This document shows, in pieces, positions 29,223 to 40,479 of a stretch of 64,000 nucleotides of DNA. The notes below the pieces were generated by a model. It was not told the DNA's origin and did no database searches. It saw only the letters and a program-made list of their open reading frames with translations. The DNA lies in assembly GCA_019652555.1 (NCBI GenBank), contig BPAJ01000002.1, positions 257,747-321,746 on the forward strand, written 5' to 3'. Within the stretch, counting starts at the first letter, position 1; each line of letters begins with the position of its first letter. The stretch comes from Gammaproteobacteria bacterium (GTDB taxonomy: Bacteria > Pseudomonadota > Gammaproteobacteria > Magnimaribacterales > AG-339-G14). The position numbers and the translations under genes were made by a program.

Positions 29223-29900
29223 ATGGAAAATTCTAACTCAGAAACCAAACAAGCTGTTGCGCGCAAAGCCTATGAGTATCTGGCCACAAAGCTTCATAAA
29301 GATTGTATTTTGGGTATTGGTACAGGAAGTACTACTAATTTTTTTATCCAAGAATTGATTAATCAAAAACCTGAAATCAAAGCCATCGTATCTAGTTCAG
29401 TTGCAAGCACGAAATTATTGGAAGAGGCAGGTTTGGAAGTGTCCGAGTTAAATGACGTTGGCTCCCCGGATTTTTATATCGATGGTGCTGATGAAATCAA
29501 TGATCGTTTTGAAATGATCAAAGGCGGTGGTGGAGCATTAACTCGAGAAAAGATAATTGCCTCAGCATCTAAAAAATTTATCTGCATTTGCGATTCTTCT
29601 AAAAAAGTAAAACTGCTTGGAAAATTTCCAGTTGCTATTGAAGTCATTCCAATGGCAAGAAGTTATGTCGCACGACAGATGGTGGTAAAGGGTGGAACCC
29701 CAGAATACAGAGTAGGATTTGTGTCTGATAACGGTAATCAAATAATAGACGTCCGTAACTTAAAACTTAATGTACCGTATGACTTTGAAAACGAAATCAA
29801 TAATATTCCCGGAGTTGTAGCCAACGGTATATTTGCTGCAAGAAAGGCAGATTGTTTAGTTGTAGATAAAAATGGAGTTCCGGAAGTTTTAGAGCAGTGA
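29223..29900 (+). CDS. rpiA: Ribose-5-phosphate isomerase A
   Basis: GIGTGST, DGADE, KGGGGALTREK. Confidence 0.97.
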   Translation: MENSNSETKQAVARKAYEYLATKLHKDCILGIGTGSTTNFFIQELINQKPEIKAIVSSSVASTKLLEEAGLEVSELNDVGSPDFYIDGADEINDRFEMIKGGGGALTREKIIASASKKFICICDSSKKVKLLGKFPVAIEVIPMARSYVARQMVVKGGTPEYRVGFVSDNGNQIIDVRNLKLNVPYDFENEINNIPGVVANGIFAARKADCLVVDKNGVPEVLEQ

Positions 29901-30485
29901 TTCGATAGCAGAAATTATTTCTTCGCTATCAGGCTCTATATTCTTGGAGAAAGGTTTTAAGACTTCACCATCTTTGGATATCAAATACTTGGTGAAATTC
30001 CAATCAGGAGATTTTCCAGTAATCATTGCAAGGTTTTGATAGAAGCTGTTGGCCTTTTTTCCTTTGACACTTGATGTAGCGAACATGGGAAAGGTCACGC
30101 CATACTTAGAATTACAAAACTCTTTTACTTGGCCTTCATCACTATATTCCTGAAACATAAAGTCTCTAGAAGGGAAGCCTAGAATCACAAAATCTTTTCC
30201 TTGGTAGTTTTCAAATAATGTTTGCAAAGCTTCGTACTGATAGGTGAAACCGCATCGACTGGCAACATTTACTGCAAGCACCACTTTGTCTTTGTGTTCG
30301 CACAAATTGATGATTTCTTTTGAATCAAGCACACGGATGTTGTGATTTAAAATGGCAGGACAACCTTCTACAGGGATTTTGTTTAGATCAGGTTGAAAGT
30401 TCATTGCATTAAAATTTTCTATTTCTGCGTTTCCTTGAGAGCAACTGACGACAAAGAAGGAAAATAAAATTAAAGCAAATCTCAT
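29889..30485 (-). CDS. Cys-type glutathione peroxidase family protein, probable lipoprotein
   Basis: VNVASRCGFT, LGFPS, WNFTKYL; lipobox VVSC. Confidence 0.9.
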   Translation of the reverse strand: MRFALILFSFFVVSCSQGNAEIENFNAMNFQPDLNKIPVEGCPAILNHNIRVLDSKEIINLCEHKDKVVLAVNVASRCGFTYQYEALQTLFENYQGKDFVILGFPSRDFMFQEYSDEGQVKEFCNSKYGVTFPMFATSSVKGKKANSFYQNLAMITGKSPDWNFTKYLISKDGEVLKPFSKNIEPDSEEIISAIESLL

Positions 30486-30508
30486 AATGTTAAATTAAAT
30501 AATAAAGT

Positions 30509-31117
30509 TCAGTAAATCAATACCTGTGTACCTTTTCTCACTCTATTGAATAACTTTATAACGTCTGTATTCTTCATTCTGATGCAACCCAAGCTGGCAG
30601 GCTCACCAATAAGACCTTCTTCGGCAGTGCCATGAATGTAAATGTATCGACTTTTTGAATCTACATTTCCTCCTTTGTTTTTTCCAATTTCCAAACCATC
30701 CAACCATAGAATCCTAGTAGTGATGACATCTTCTTTGATATCAATTTTTTCTGTAATTGGTACCACTATTTCCCCGGTAAATTTTCTGGCCTTGAAAACT
30801 GAACCTATTTTTGCTCCCTTACCGATTTTTTCAGAAATTATATGCGCACCAAGAGGAGTTTTTAAACTATCTCGAACGCTACCGATTCCATAAGCAGAAG
30901 ATGAAATCGGGTAAGTCTTACTTGAATATGGAGTTTTTATAGTAAGCTCCTGTTTAGCTAAATTTATCAAAACGTGAGTTCGGTTTTTATTCATTTCACC
31001 AAATTCTTGAAAATTGATATTTTCATAAGATGAATAATCCAAAGGAACTGAACTACAACCATAAAAAAAGGCAGAACTAAAAATCACAAAAATTAAATAC
31101 TTAAATAAAGTTTTCAT
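30509..31117 (-). CDS. L,D-transpeptidase (YkuD-like), probable lipoprotein
   Basis: TPLG, YIYIHGT, ASLGCIRM; lipobox FYGC. Confidence 0.9.
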   Translation of the reverse strand: MKTLFKYLIFVIFSSAFFYGCSSVPLDYSSYENINFQEFGEMNKNRTHVLINLAKQELTIKTPYSSKTYPISSSAYGIGSVRDSLKTPLGAHIISEKIGKGAKIGSVFKARKFTGEIVVPITEKIDIKEDVITTRILWLDGLEIGKNKGGNVDSKSRYIYIHGTAEEGLIGEPASLGCIRMKNTDVIKLFNRVRKGTQVLIY

Positions 31118-32627
31118 CTCTTTTAAATTTTAATATCGCCGATATAAAAAAGATAATAACCAATATGAATAAGAAAGGGTTTTTCCCAAAATATGCATAA
31201 GGAGTTTGACCTGACTTAAGAATCACATCTTCTTGAAAACTCTTTAATTCATTTTTGTCAGTAGAAGTTTCAATTTTTTTTATGATCTGTCCGTGATGGT
31301 TAATTAAGGCGCTGATACCAGTTGATGTCGATCTCACCAAATATTTTTGGTGTTCAGCCGCTCTAAATCTTGCAATTTGCAAATGTTGATGAGGGCCTAA
31401 GCCAGTTCCAAACCAATTGTCGTTGCTGGCATTGAACAAGATATTGGTTTTTTTGCTATTGGATAAAAATATATTTTGATAGGCAATCTCATAACATATT
31501 GCTGAAGATATTTTTATCAAATCATTCCCAATAAGTTCGCTTTTGTTACCTGAAAATATTTGTGGCCTATTGAAATTAAAAAAATCAAAAAATACACTGA
31601 AAAGTCCTGAGAGAGGAACGTATTCGCCAAAGGGGACTAAAAACTTTTTGTCGTAAATGCCTGAGATATTGCCAATTCCAATTAATGAATTATTTATTTC
31701 TTCTGACTTATTTTCTGATAACGCACCTATGACCATTCCGAGCACATTATTTTCGTCGAGAATATTATTTCTGAATTCATTTATTTTGTCCTTTTGAATC
31801 AATGAGGTGAGAGTTACCTCTGGCCAAAATATGACAGAGGATTGAGTTAGATTTTGCGGTGGATTTTGATTTAATTTCTTTTCTATCGCGCTTTGTATTT
31901 TTTGCAATCCTTTTTGCGTCCATTTTTCTTTAATATCAATATTAGGCTGAACAACTGTTGCCGAGATCTTCCCAGTTGACTCAGTCCAGTTGAAATTTTT
32001 TAGCGGTTGATTGCCGATAAAAACAATTATTAAGACTAGGCAAGATAAATATAAAGATTTGCTTTGGGTAAAGTCTCTTAAGCTGTCTAGCAAAGCAAGA
32101 AATATTTGAGAGATCAAAACAATGAGAAAACCCATGCCAAAAATACCAAGGATAGGAATGTAGCCCTGTAACAGGCTGTTATCTACAGCGGTATAACCTA
32201 TATACAACCATGGAAAACCAGTAAAAAGAAACTCTCTCAACCATTCGCTCAATACCCAAGCAGCTGGAAAAAGAAGAAATATTTCATGAGTTTTTCTTTG
32301 GCTGCTAACAAGTTTAAATGCGGTAAAACTGATAGCCTGAAACAAGCTTAAAAAAGCTGCCAACAATAATGTAAGAAAACTTCCCAATATTGGTGAGGCA
32401 CCTCCATAAACAGTTATGCTATTTTCTATCCAGAATATTCCAAATGCCCAAAGGCCGAAACCAAAAAAATAGGAAATAAAAAAAGTATTTTTTACACCTT
32501 CAGTCTTAATCAATTGATATAAAAGCCCCGGAATGAGAAAAGTTACAAACCAATAATTAAAGGGCTGAAAAGCTAAGACAATTAAAGAACCTAAAAAAAA
32601 CCCAGCGAAAAATTTAGAAAAATTCAC
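31101..32627 (-). CDS. lnt: Apolipoprotein N-acyltransferase
   Basis: TGFPW, QPNI, WPE, YDKKFLVPFGEY, ICYE, SNDNWF. Confidence 0.95.
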   Translation of the reverse strand: MNFSKFFAGFFLGSLIVLAFQPFNYWFVTFLIPGLLYQLIKTEGVKNTFFISYFFGFGLWAFGIFWIENSITVYGGASPILGSFLTLLLAAFLSLFQAISFTAFKLVSSQRKTHEIFLLFPAAWVLSEWLREFLFTGFPWLYIGYTAVDNSLLQGYIPILGIFGMGFLIVLISQIFLALLDSLRDFTQSKSLYLSCLVLIIVFIGNQPLKNFNWTESTGKISATVVQPNIDIKEKWTQKGLQKIQSAIEKKLNQNPPQNLTQSSVIFWPEVTLTSLIQKDKINEFRNNILDENNVLGMVIGALSENKSEEINNSLIGIGNISGIYDKKFLVPFGEYVPLSGLFSVFFDFFNFNRPQIFSGNKSELIGNDLIKISSAICYEIAYQNIFLSNSKKTNILFNASNDNWFGTGLGPHQHLQIARFRAAEHQKYLVRSTSTGISALINHHGQIIKKIETSTDKNELKSFQEDVILKSGQTPYAYFGKNPFLFILVIIFFISAILKFKRDENFI

Positions 32628-32652
32628 ACTTTATTTTATCTGAATTAAAAAG

Positions 32653-33318
32653 TTATTGATTCAACCAATAGCCAATATTCTTTTCTTTAAAAATCTTACA
32701 AGTCTCAACGACCGGCAACCCTACAACGTTGCTATAGCTGCCTTCCAAAGATTCAACAAATAAACCACCATAACCTTGAATGCCATAAGCACCGGCTTTG
32801 TCTTTTGGTTCATTGGTTTCCCAATATTTTGCACATTGATTAGCAGTTAAGTTTGCAAATTGAATTTCAGTTCTGACTAGATCAAACATCATGCTTACTT
32901 CAGTATCAGATTGCGGGTCGGTTTCACCAAAACAGACACAGGTCATGACCGAGTGTCTTCTTCCGGAGAACTCAAGGAGCATGGCAATGGCATGATCTTT
33001 GTTTTCAGGCTTTCCAAATATTTTGCCATCCAAGGCAACAATGGTATCAGCTGTTAAGATTGGCTTATTGGGTAACTTCTTTTGTTGTCTGATTGCATGA
33101 GCAGCGAGACATTTTTGCTGGGTATTTTTGACAACGAAATCCTCAGGACTTTCATCAGTAAAGTTGGACTCATCGTAATCGCATTTAAGGATTTCAAAAT
33201 TAACTTTAAGATTTTCAAGGATTTCGGCTCTTCTAGGTGAACTAGAAGCAAGATAAATATCGAAATTATTTGATTTTTTCTTCTTTGTAGATGACGTGTT
33301 TTTTGACTCTAGGGTCAT
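32653..33318 (-). CDS. maf: Maf-family nucleoside triphosphate pyrophosphatase
   Basis: [32 protein letters not shown]. Confidence 0.93.
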   Translation of the reverse strand: MTLESKNTSSTKKKKSNNFDIYLASSSPRRAEILENLKVNFEILKCDYDESNFTDESPEDFVVKNTQQKCLAAHAIRQQKKLPNKPILTADTIVALDGKIFGKPENKDHAIAMLLEFSGRRHSVMTCVCFGETDPQSDTEVSMMFDLVRTEIQFANLTANQCAKYWETNEPKDKAGAYGIQGYGGLFVESLEGSYSNVVGLPVVETCKIFKEKNIGYWLNQ

Positions 33319-33421
33319 ATTTTTTAAATTCTATTTTGTCTGGAGTTTTGGTCTTATTTTTATCTGTAGTATAGAAGTGACCCGTTCCAGCAGAGGAGAC
33401 TAGTTTAATTTTTTCTCTCAT
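33266..33421 (-). CDS. rpmG: 50S ribosomal protein L33
   Basis: Missing from the ORF track; manual translation [51 protein letters not shown]; ATGA overlap with rpmB. Confidence 0.97.
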   Translation of the reverse strand: MREKIKLVSSAGTGHFYTTDKNKTKTPDKIEFKKYDPRVKKHVIYKEEKIK

Positions 33422-33654
33422 ATCTTTTCACCTCTATCTCTTATTTCTTTTAAAACAACATCAATCCCTTTTTTATCAATGATTCTCATGCCCTTAGCAG
33501 AAAGAGTTAGAGTCACATATTTGTTTTCAGACTCTACCCAAAACTTATGACGATGCAAATTAGGCATGAACTTTCTTTTAGTTTTGTTAACTGCCTTAGA
33601 AACGTTGTTCCCTGCCATTGGCGTTTTACCTGTTACTTGACACTCTTTGCTCAT
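33418..33654 (-). CDS. rpmB: 50S ribosomal protein L28
   Basis: [32 protein letters not shown]. Confidence 0.97.
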   Translation of the reverse strand: MSKECQVTGKTPMAGNNVSKAVNKTKRKFMPNLHRHKFWVESENKYVTLTLSAKGMRIIDKKGIDVVLKEIRDRGEKI

Positions 33655-33728
33655 AATATTCCTTTGCAAGAAGAGCTTTATACCAGAATCCTAAGTTCAA
33701 AGAAACCTATCTGAGTTATAATTTTTGT

Positions 33729-34931
33729 ATGGAACAATTAGCTAATAGACAAATTTTGCTTTGCGTCACAGGAGGTATTGCGGCATATAAAGCGGCTGAG
33801 TTAATAAGGCTATTTAAGAGCTCAGGCTCCGAAGTTCGTGTGCTTATGACTGAAGCAGCAAAAGAATTCATTACGCCGCTTACCATGCAGGCTTTGTCTG
33901 GCAATGAAGTTCACTCAGATCTTTTAGATACCAACGCCGAATCAGCTATGGGGCATATAGAATTAGCAAGATGGGCTGATGCTATTGTCATTTCTCCTTG
34001 TTCGGCAGATAGCCTTGCAAAACTTGCTGCTGGAAGAGGCGATGATTTAATGTCTGCGGTATGTCTTGCTGCAGACTCTAAAATATTTTTTGCCCCAGCA
34101 ATGAATCAAGGCATGTGGAAGGACAAACGTACAAAGAAGAATCTTTCATTGCTTAAAAAACCTGTTTTTCACCAAATCGGGCCTAATGAGGGCGATCAAG
34201 CTTGTGGTGATGTGGGTCCTGGAAGAATGTCAGAACCTAAGGAAATTATTGAAGAGGTAGCAAAAGAATTTTCTTCTGGATTGTTAGCTGGTAAAAAAGT
34301 GCTCATCACTGCTGGACCCACAAGAGAGAAAATTGATCCTGTTAGATACATCTCCAACAAAAGTTCTGGAAAGATGGGCTTTTCGCTTGCTAAAGCTGCT
34401 GTTGATGAATCCGCAATAGTGACTTTGATTTCTGGCCCAGTTACTTTAGAGACACCCGAAAGGGTCAAAAGAATAGATATCGAATCTGCAGAGGAAATGA
34501 AAGAGCACGTCACAGCAAATTTATCCGATATCGATTTATTTATATCAACGGCTGCAGTTGCAGATTTCAAAATGAAAAATGCTGAATCTCAAAAAATTAA
34601 AAAAGATCAATCCAAAAACATGAGTCTGAGTTTAGAAAAAAATGAAGACATTTTGAAACACGTTTCTGATAATAATCCTGATTTAAAAATAGTCGGTTTT
34701 GCAGCAGAAACGGAAAATATGATTGATAACGCTAGAAAAAAATTATCTTCAAAGAATTTGAATCTAATTGTCGCCAATGATGTATCAGACAGTTCTATAG
34801 GTTTTGATTCAAACAATAATGAGGTGACATTAATTACTGAAAAAGAAGAATTAAAAATACTCAAAACCTCAAAAGAAAAGGTTGCTAGAAAAATAGTTCA
34901 ATTTATTTCAAAAAACATCCTTAATGATTAG
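33729..34931 (+). CDS. coaBC: Phosphopantothenoylcysteine decarboxylase/ligase
   Basis: [52 protein letters not shown]. Confidence 0.97.
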   Translation: MEQLANRQILLCVTGGIAAYKAAELIRLFKSSGSEVRVLMTEAAKEFITPLTMQALSGNEVHSDLLDTNAESAMGHIELARWADAIVISPCSADSLAKLAAGRGDDLMSAVCLAADSKIFFAPAMNQGMWKDKRTKKNLSLLKKPVFHQIGPNEGDQACGDVGPGRMSEPKEIIEEVAKEFSSGLLAGKKVLITAGPTREKIDPVRYISNKSSGKMGFSLAKAAVDESAIVTLISGPVTLETPERVKRIDIESAEEMKEHVTANLSDIDLFISTAAVADFKMKNAESQKIKKDQSKNMSLSLEKNEDILKHVSDNNPDLKIVGFAAETENMIDNARKKLSSKNLNLIVANDVSDSSIGFDSNNNEVTLITEKEELKILKTSKEKVARKIVQFISKNILND

Positions 34932-35475
34932 ATGGATTTTGCTCAAATTAGTAGGAATTTTCCTGCCTTCTTTGATATCAAAAGCGGTTAGTCCTGGACA
35001 ACAAGCAACTTCAAATATCGCACTTAACGTTGAATTTAAAATTCTTGATAACGAACTTGGCGACAAAATTCCCTTACCTAAATTCAGTACTGCAGGATCC
35101 GCAGCCTTAGATTTGAGAACCAATATCAAAGAAAAAAAAATTCTTCAGCCCGATGAGACTTTTCTTTTTACCACTGGATTTTCAATACATATTAAGGATT
35201 CTAAATATGCAGCCTTAATTCTCCCCAGGTCAGGCTTAGGGCATAAATACGGAATTGTCCTAGGAAACCTTGTGGGCCTTATTGATTCAGATTATCAAGG
35301 AGAAATCATGGTTTCTTTGTGGAATAGATCCAAAGAATCATTCGAGGTTCTCCCTGGAGATAGGATTGCTCAGATGATGTTTTTTGCAGTTACTTCACCC
35401 AACTTCAAGTTGGTTTCTGAATTCGATTTCTCGGAAAGGGGCTCCAAGGGCTTTGGTTCATCAGGTACCAAATAA
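34924..35475 (+). CDS. dut: dUTP diphosphatase with N-terminal extension
   Basis: [37 protein letters not shown]. Confidence 0.95.
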   Translation: MIRWILLKLVGIFLPSLISKAVSPGQQATSNIALNVEFKILDNELGDKIPLPKFSTAGSAALDLRTNIKEKKILQPDETFLFTTGFSIHIKDSKYAALILPRSGLGHKYGIVLGNLVGLIDSDYQGEIMVSLWNRSKESFEVLPGDRIAQMMFFAVTSPNFKLVSEFDFSERGSKGFGSSGTK

Positions 35476-35476
35476 A

Positions 35477-37264
35477 TTAAAATCTGAAAGCTTTTTTTCT
35501 CAATCTAATCGCCGAAGGCGTTACCTCCACTAATTCGTCCTCTTCGATAAATTCCAATGCCTGTTCTAAAGAATGTTCAATATGGGGAACCAAGATAAGA
35601 TTTTCGTCAGTGCCTGAGGCTCTGATATTGGTTAATTGTTTTGCTTTGGTTGGATTGACCGGTAAGTCGTTGTCTCTGGAATGTAAGCCAACAATTTGAC
35701 CTTTATAAACGTTCAATCCATGTCCGACAAAAAGCTTTCCTCTGTTTTGTAGGTTGAATAACGAATAGGCTAAGGTTTTGCCTTCAGCCATAGAGACCAA
35801 GACCCCATTTTGACGTGTAGTAATCTCACCTTTTTTTGCAGGACCGTAATGATCGAAGATACTAGTTAGAATTCCGGTGCCGCTGGTTAAGGTAAGAAAC
35901 TGCGACCTAAATCCAATCATGCCTCTGGAAGGAGCGATAAAATCCAATTTTATTCTTCCCGTTTCGCTGGGTTCCATATTTTTCAGTTCTGCTTTTCTTG
36001 AACCCATCTCTTCCATTACAGGTCCCTGATGTTGTTCCTCGATATCAATTACTATTTGTTCAAAAGGTTCATGAATTTCGCCATTCACTTCTTTTTGAAT
36101 GACCTCAGGTTTTGAAACTCCCAATTCGAACCCATCTCGACGCATGTTTTCTATCAAAACCGATAAATGCAATTCACCACGCCCAGAGACTTTGAATTTA
36201 TCAGCACTTTCACCTTGCTCAACTCTTAAAGCAACATTACTTAGTAATTCTTGTTCAAGACGGTCTTTAATATTTCTTGACGTTACAAACTTACCTTCTT
36301 TACCAGCAAATGGGGAATCATTCACTTGAAAGGTCATACTCACAGTCGGCTCATCTACAGAGAGAGGAGGAAGTTGTTCTGTATTCTCTGGGTCACATAA
36401 AGTATCTGAGATATACAATTTTTCAATACCAGTCACACAGACAATGTCACCCGCTTCAGCTTTGTCGACTTCAACTCTTTCCAAACCTTCATGACCTAAA
36501 ACTTGGAGAATTTTTCCTGCTTTTTGTTCTCCTTCAGCATCGATCACTACAACTTGATCGTTTGGTTTGACGTTTCCACGAGATATTCTGCCGATGCCAA
36601 TTACACCCACATAGCTATTACTATCTAAAGCGCTGATTTGCATTTGAAAGGGTTCTTCCAAACTTACAGCGGGTTCATTCACTTTACTTATAATAAGGTC
36701 TAAGAGTGGCGACATATCTTCTTCAATTTTCTCCAAATCCAAACCAGAGGTTCCATTCAATGCAGAGGTATAGATTGTAGGAAAATCCATCTGTTGATCA
36801 TTTCCACCTAATCTATCGAAGAGATCAAAAACTTGATCTTGCACCCAATCAGGTCTGGCACTTGGACGATCAATTTTATTTATGACCAGAATGGGATTTA
36901 GTCCTTTTTCAAAAGCTTTTTGAGTCACAAATCTAGTTTGTGGCATGGGCCCATCGACGGCATCAACTAGCAATAAAACCGAATCTACCATAGACAAAAC
37001 TCTTTCCACTTCCCCACCAAAATCAGCATGACCGGGAGTGTCTACGATATTGATTTTGTGATCTTTCCACTTGATGGCAGTATTTTTAGAAAGAATCGTT
37101 ATTCCTCTTTCTCTTTCTTGATCGTTGGAATCTAAGATTCTCTCCGAGCCAATATTTTTTCTATCTAAGGTACCGGAATGTTCTAGTAATTTATCGACTA
37201 AAGTGGTTTTCCCATGATCGACGTGTGCAATGATGGCGATATTTCTAATAAATTCAGGATTCAT
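35477..37264 (-). CDS. typA: Translational GTPase TypA/BipA
   Basis: [40 protein letters not shown]. Confidence 0.97.
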   Translation of the reverse strand: MNPEFIRNIAIIAHVDHGKTTLVDKLLEHSGTLDRKNIGSERILDSNDQERERGITILSKNTAIKWKDHKINIVDTPGHADFGGEVERVLSMVDSVLLLVDAVDGPMPQTRFVTQKAFEKGLNPILVINKIDRPSARPDWVQDQVFDLFDRLGGNDQQMDFPTIYTSALNGTSGLDLEKIEEDMSPLLDLIISKVNEPAVSLEEPFQMQISALDSNSYVGVIGIGRISRGNVKPNDQVVVIDAEGEQKAGKILQVLGHEGLERVEVDKAEAGDIVCVTGIEKLYISDTLCDPENTEQLPPLSVDEPTVSMTFQVNDSPFAGKEGKFVTSRNIKDRLEQELLSNVALRVEQGESADKFKVSGRGELHLSVLIENMRRDGFELGVSKPEVIQKEVNGEIHEPFEQIVIDIEEQHQGPVMEEMGSRKAELKNMEPSETGRIKLDFIAPSRGMIGFRSQFLTLTSGTGILTSIFDHYGPAKKGEITTRQNGVLVSMAEGKTLAYSLFNLQNRGKLFVGHGLNVYKGQIVGLHSRDNDLPVNPTKAKQLTNIRASGTDENLILVPHIEHSLEQALEFIEEDELVEVTPSAIRLRKKAFRF

Positions 37265-37306
37265 ATGAGTGACTGATTAGGAGTCTAAAAAATCAAGTAT
37301 GAAAAT

Positions 37307-37789
37307 TTATTTTTCTTCTGAAGAATTAGAAGATTCATCACTAGCTTCTTCAGCAGAAGTTTCCTCTTGAGGAGCATCAGAAGGAGCTACTTCAACGGCT
37401 TCAGCGGTTTCTTCAGCTATGGCTTCAGGAGCCTCTTTTGTAACTTCTTCAGCAGGAGCTGAAGCTTTTACATCTTCTTCTTTTTCTTCTACTGGAGGAG
37501 TTTCTTCTTTAGGACTTTCTTCAACAGGAGCAGCCTTTACAGCAGCTTTCTTTGAAAAACGTTTTTTGAACCTTTCAACTCTTCCACCAGTATCGATGAT
37601 TTTATTCTGACCTGTATAGAAAGGATGAGAGGCTGAAGATACATCAAGAGGACAGTAAGGATAAGTATTACCATCTTCCCATTCTTTAGTTTGGTCAGTT
37701 TCCAATGTTGATGGAATGAGATAGTACTTATCTACACTCACATCATGAAATAAAACCGTTCTGTATTCTGGATGAATTTCTTTTTTCAC
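37307..37789 (-). CDS. rpmE: 50S ribosomal protein L31 type B (Zn-independent) with acidic tail
   Basis: [31 protein letters not shown]; GTG start; divergent from priA. Confidence 0.93.
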   Translation of the reverse strand: MKKEIHPEYRTVLFHDVSVDKYYLIPSTLETDQTKEWEDGNTYPYCPLDVSSASHPFYTGQNKIIDTGGRVERFKKRFSKKAAVKAAPVEESPKEETPPVEEKEEDVKASAPAEEVTKEAPEAIAEETAEAVEVAPSDAPQEETSAEEASDESSNSSEEK

Positions 37790-37859
37790 TATTCTTCTTG
37801 ATTAAAAAAATATGCTGCCGCACTATACCAGAAGACTATTTATTCTCAAATAAACTTAA

Positions 37860-40025
37860 ATGGAAAATTTATATTATGAAGTAGCGCTTCCTTTACCATT
37901 AAGAAACTCTTTTACTTACAGTTCAAACATCAAGATTTCCAATGGCTCCAGAGTTCAAGTTCCATTTAGAAACCGAGAAATTGTCGGATACGTTTTAAAA
38001 AAACAATCCAGCCCAAATGTAAAATCTATAAAACCCATAACTAAAGTTTTAGATAGAAATTCTCTAATCGATAAGCCCTCATACGACCTCATTCATTGGA
38101 TAGCTAATTACTACAAGGCACCTATTGGAGAAATTTTTAAATCCTATTTCCCACCTTTCTTGAGAAAAGGCAAAGAAATAAAGGATTCCATAGAGGTGTA
38201 CGCAATTACAAACTTGGGTAAATTAGCAAGCAAAGAATCCTTTGGGCGTGCAAAAAAGCAATTTGAAGCCCTAGAAGTTTTTCAGCAAAAATTAGAGTTA
38301 TCCCGTCCAGGTTTAAAAGCAAACAAAATCTCTAAAGCCATCTTGGATGCTTTAATTTCAAAAGGTTATCTTGAGAAAAAAAGCCGCAATCGAAATGAAT
38401 TGAAAACTAACAAGGAACTTAACTCAGAAGCTTTTTTTGAATTGAATGATGAGCAAAATAAAATTTATAAGTCCATTAAAAATTCATCAGCCAATCTTAC
38501 GCATCTAATTTTTGGTGTTACGGGAAGTGGTAAAACCGAAATATATTTTCATCTCATTAGAGACTTCATAGAAAAAGGTAAACAAGTTCTGATCCTGGTT
38601 CCAGAAATTGGTCTGACTCCAAATCTAAAAGCTGAAATCGAAAGGAGATTTGGTGAAGACAATGTCGCTCTTTTGCACTCGGAAATGTCAGAAAAAGATA
38701 GAGCTCACGCTTGGAATGATATTAACAAAGGCTTTAAATCTATTTTGATTGGAACAAGATCAGCAATTTTTACGCCGTTCAAGGATTTAGGCTTGATAGT
38801 GGTAGATGAAGAGCATGATTCTTCATACAAACAAATTGATGGTTTTAGATATTCAGCAAGAGACGTTGCAGTCTATCGAGCAAATCTTGAAAAAATTCCT
38901 GTCATCATGTGCTCAGCAACGCCAAGCTTGGAAAGTCTTAAAAATTGTCAGGATAAAAAATACTGCTTACATAAACTAACTCGAAGGGTAAAAGATGCCA
39001 GACAGCCTAAGTTTGAAATCTCTGATTTAAGATCATCTGAATTAAAGTCAGGTTTAACCGAATACAGTCTTAATGAAATTTCCAAAGAATTGAGTAAAGG
39101 CAATCAAGTTTTAGTCTTCCTCAACAAAAAAGGCTATGCACCAATGGTCTTTTGTAACAAATGCGGCTGGACCCCGGAATGCAGTAATTGCGACGTATCA
39201 ATGGTTTATCACATCAATCCCAAAAGATTAGTTTGTCATCATTGTGGTACCAAGCATCCTATGCCTGTTGCTTGTCTGAACTGTAACGAAGAAAGTTTGG
39301 AATTTTTTCATACAGGAACCGAGAAACTCGAAGAATTTTTAAAAGAGTATTTTAAAAATACTTCTGTTATTAGAGTTGATCGAGAAGCTCTGGGTAAAGA
39401 GCAATTAAGATCCAACTCGGTATTACCGGATTCCAAAGAGCCTCTGATCTTGGTGGGAACACAGATTTTAGCCAAAGGTCATCACATGCCCAATTTGACT
39501 TTAGTGGTAGTAGTAGACGCTGACAGCGGTCTTTTTTCAGTTGATCACAAAGCTTCTGAAAGGTTGGCTCAGTTATTGATTCAGGTTTCAGGAAGAGCTG
39601 GCAGGGAAGATAAAGAAGGCAGAGTCATTTTGCAATCGTTTGTTCCGGAACATCCTTTTTTAGAAAAAATTTCTTCTTTTGATTACGATAGGATTGCCAA
39701 CGAAATTTTAGAAGAAAGACAAACGAGCAAGCTTCCGCCTTTTGTTTATCAAATCAACATTCATGCGGAGTCCCTAAAACGACCCCTACCTGAGAAGGTT
39801 TTGATGGAAATTTCTCGTTCATTAAACTTAAATGATGATGAATTTATAGGGCCTAAACCAGAACTTATCGAAAAGCGAAAAAATTACTTTCGATGGGTCT
39901 TAACTCTAAAATCTGAAAATCGAAAAAAAATACATGCCCTTGCAAATCAAGTTATCAAGATGATCGATCAAAGCGATTATTCAAAAAATGTCAGAGTTGG
40001 AATTGATGTGGATCCACTCAACTAG
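37860..40025 (+). CDS. priA: Primosomal protein N'
   Basis: GVTGSGKTE, VPEIGLT, DEEHD, SATPS, four CxxC pairs, QVSGRAGR. Confidence 0.97.
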   Translation: MENLYYEVALPLPLRNSFTYSSNIKISNGSRVQVPFRNREIVGYVLKKQSSPNVKSIKPITKVLDRNSLIDKPSYDLIHWIANYYKAPIGEIFKSYFPPFLRKGKEIKDSIEVYAITNLGKLASKESFGRAKKQFEALEVFQQKLELSRPGLKANKISKAILDALISKGYLEKKSRNRNELKTNKELNSEAFFELNDEQNKIYKSIKNSSANLTHLIFGVTGSGKTEIYFHLIRDFIEKGKQVLILVPEIGLTPNLKAEIERRFGEDNVALLHSEMSEKDRAHAWNDINKGFKSILIGTRSAIFTPFKDLGLIVVDEEHDSSYKQIDGFRYSARDVAVYRANLEKIPVIMCSATPSLESLKNCQDKKYCLHKLTRRVKDARQPKFEISDLRSSELKSGLTEYSLNEISKELSKGNQVLVFLNKKGYAPMVFCNKCGWTPECSNCDVSMVYHINPKRLVCHHCGTKHPMPVACLNCNEESLEFFHTGTEKLEEFLKEYFKNTSVIRVDREALGKEQLRSNSVLPDSKEPLILVGTQILAKGHHMPNLTLVVVVDADSGLFSVDHKASERLAQLLIQVSGRAGREDKEGRVILQSFVPEHPFLEKISSFDYDRIANEILEERQTSKLPPFVYQINIHAESLKRPLPEKVLMEISRSLNLNDDEFIGPKPELIEKRKNYFRWVLTLKSENRKKIHALANQVIKMIDQSDYSKNVRVGIDVDPLN

Positions 40026-40026
40026 C

Positions 40027-40479
40027 TTAGAGGTTTAAGCCTAAAGAAGTTTGAACTTCACATTTTCTTGTAGTTTCACCATGGTGATCTAATGAAATGG
40101 CAATGTCAGGCTCTTTTAAAAAACCAGATCCTTTTTCCGGCCATTCAATAAAGCTGATGGAATTCGCTTCTTGCAGATATTCTTCTAAACCGATTGCGCT
40201 AAGCTCGGTTATTTTTTCTACACGGTATAAATCGATGTGGAAGATTTTCAAATCATTGATTTCATAAGGTTCAATCAAAGTAAAGGTTGGACTATTGATG
40301 AAATTTTCTATACCCAGACAATTTAAAACTTCTTTTACCAAAGTGGTCTTTCCTGTGCCTAAGTCTCCAGAAAGATGAATGGAAATCGGAAGATTATTTT
40401 CTTCAGTTAGAAAAGAGGCGATTTTTTCGGCAAGCTGTTTTGTTTCATCTAGACTCGATAAGACAAGTTCTTTATTCAT
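40027..40479 (-). CDS. tsaE: tRNA t6A biosynthesis ATPase TsaE
   Basis: GDLGTGKTT, SPTFTL, HIDLYR, IEWPE. Confidence 0.95.
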   Translation of the reverse strand: MNKELVLSSLDETKQLAEKIASFLTEENNLPISIHLSGDLGTGKTTLVKEVLNCLGIENFINSPTFTLIEPYEINDLKIFHIDLYRVEKITELSAIGLEEYLQEANSISFIEWPEKGSGFLKEPDIAISLDHHGETTRKCEVQTSLGLNL

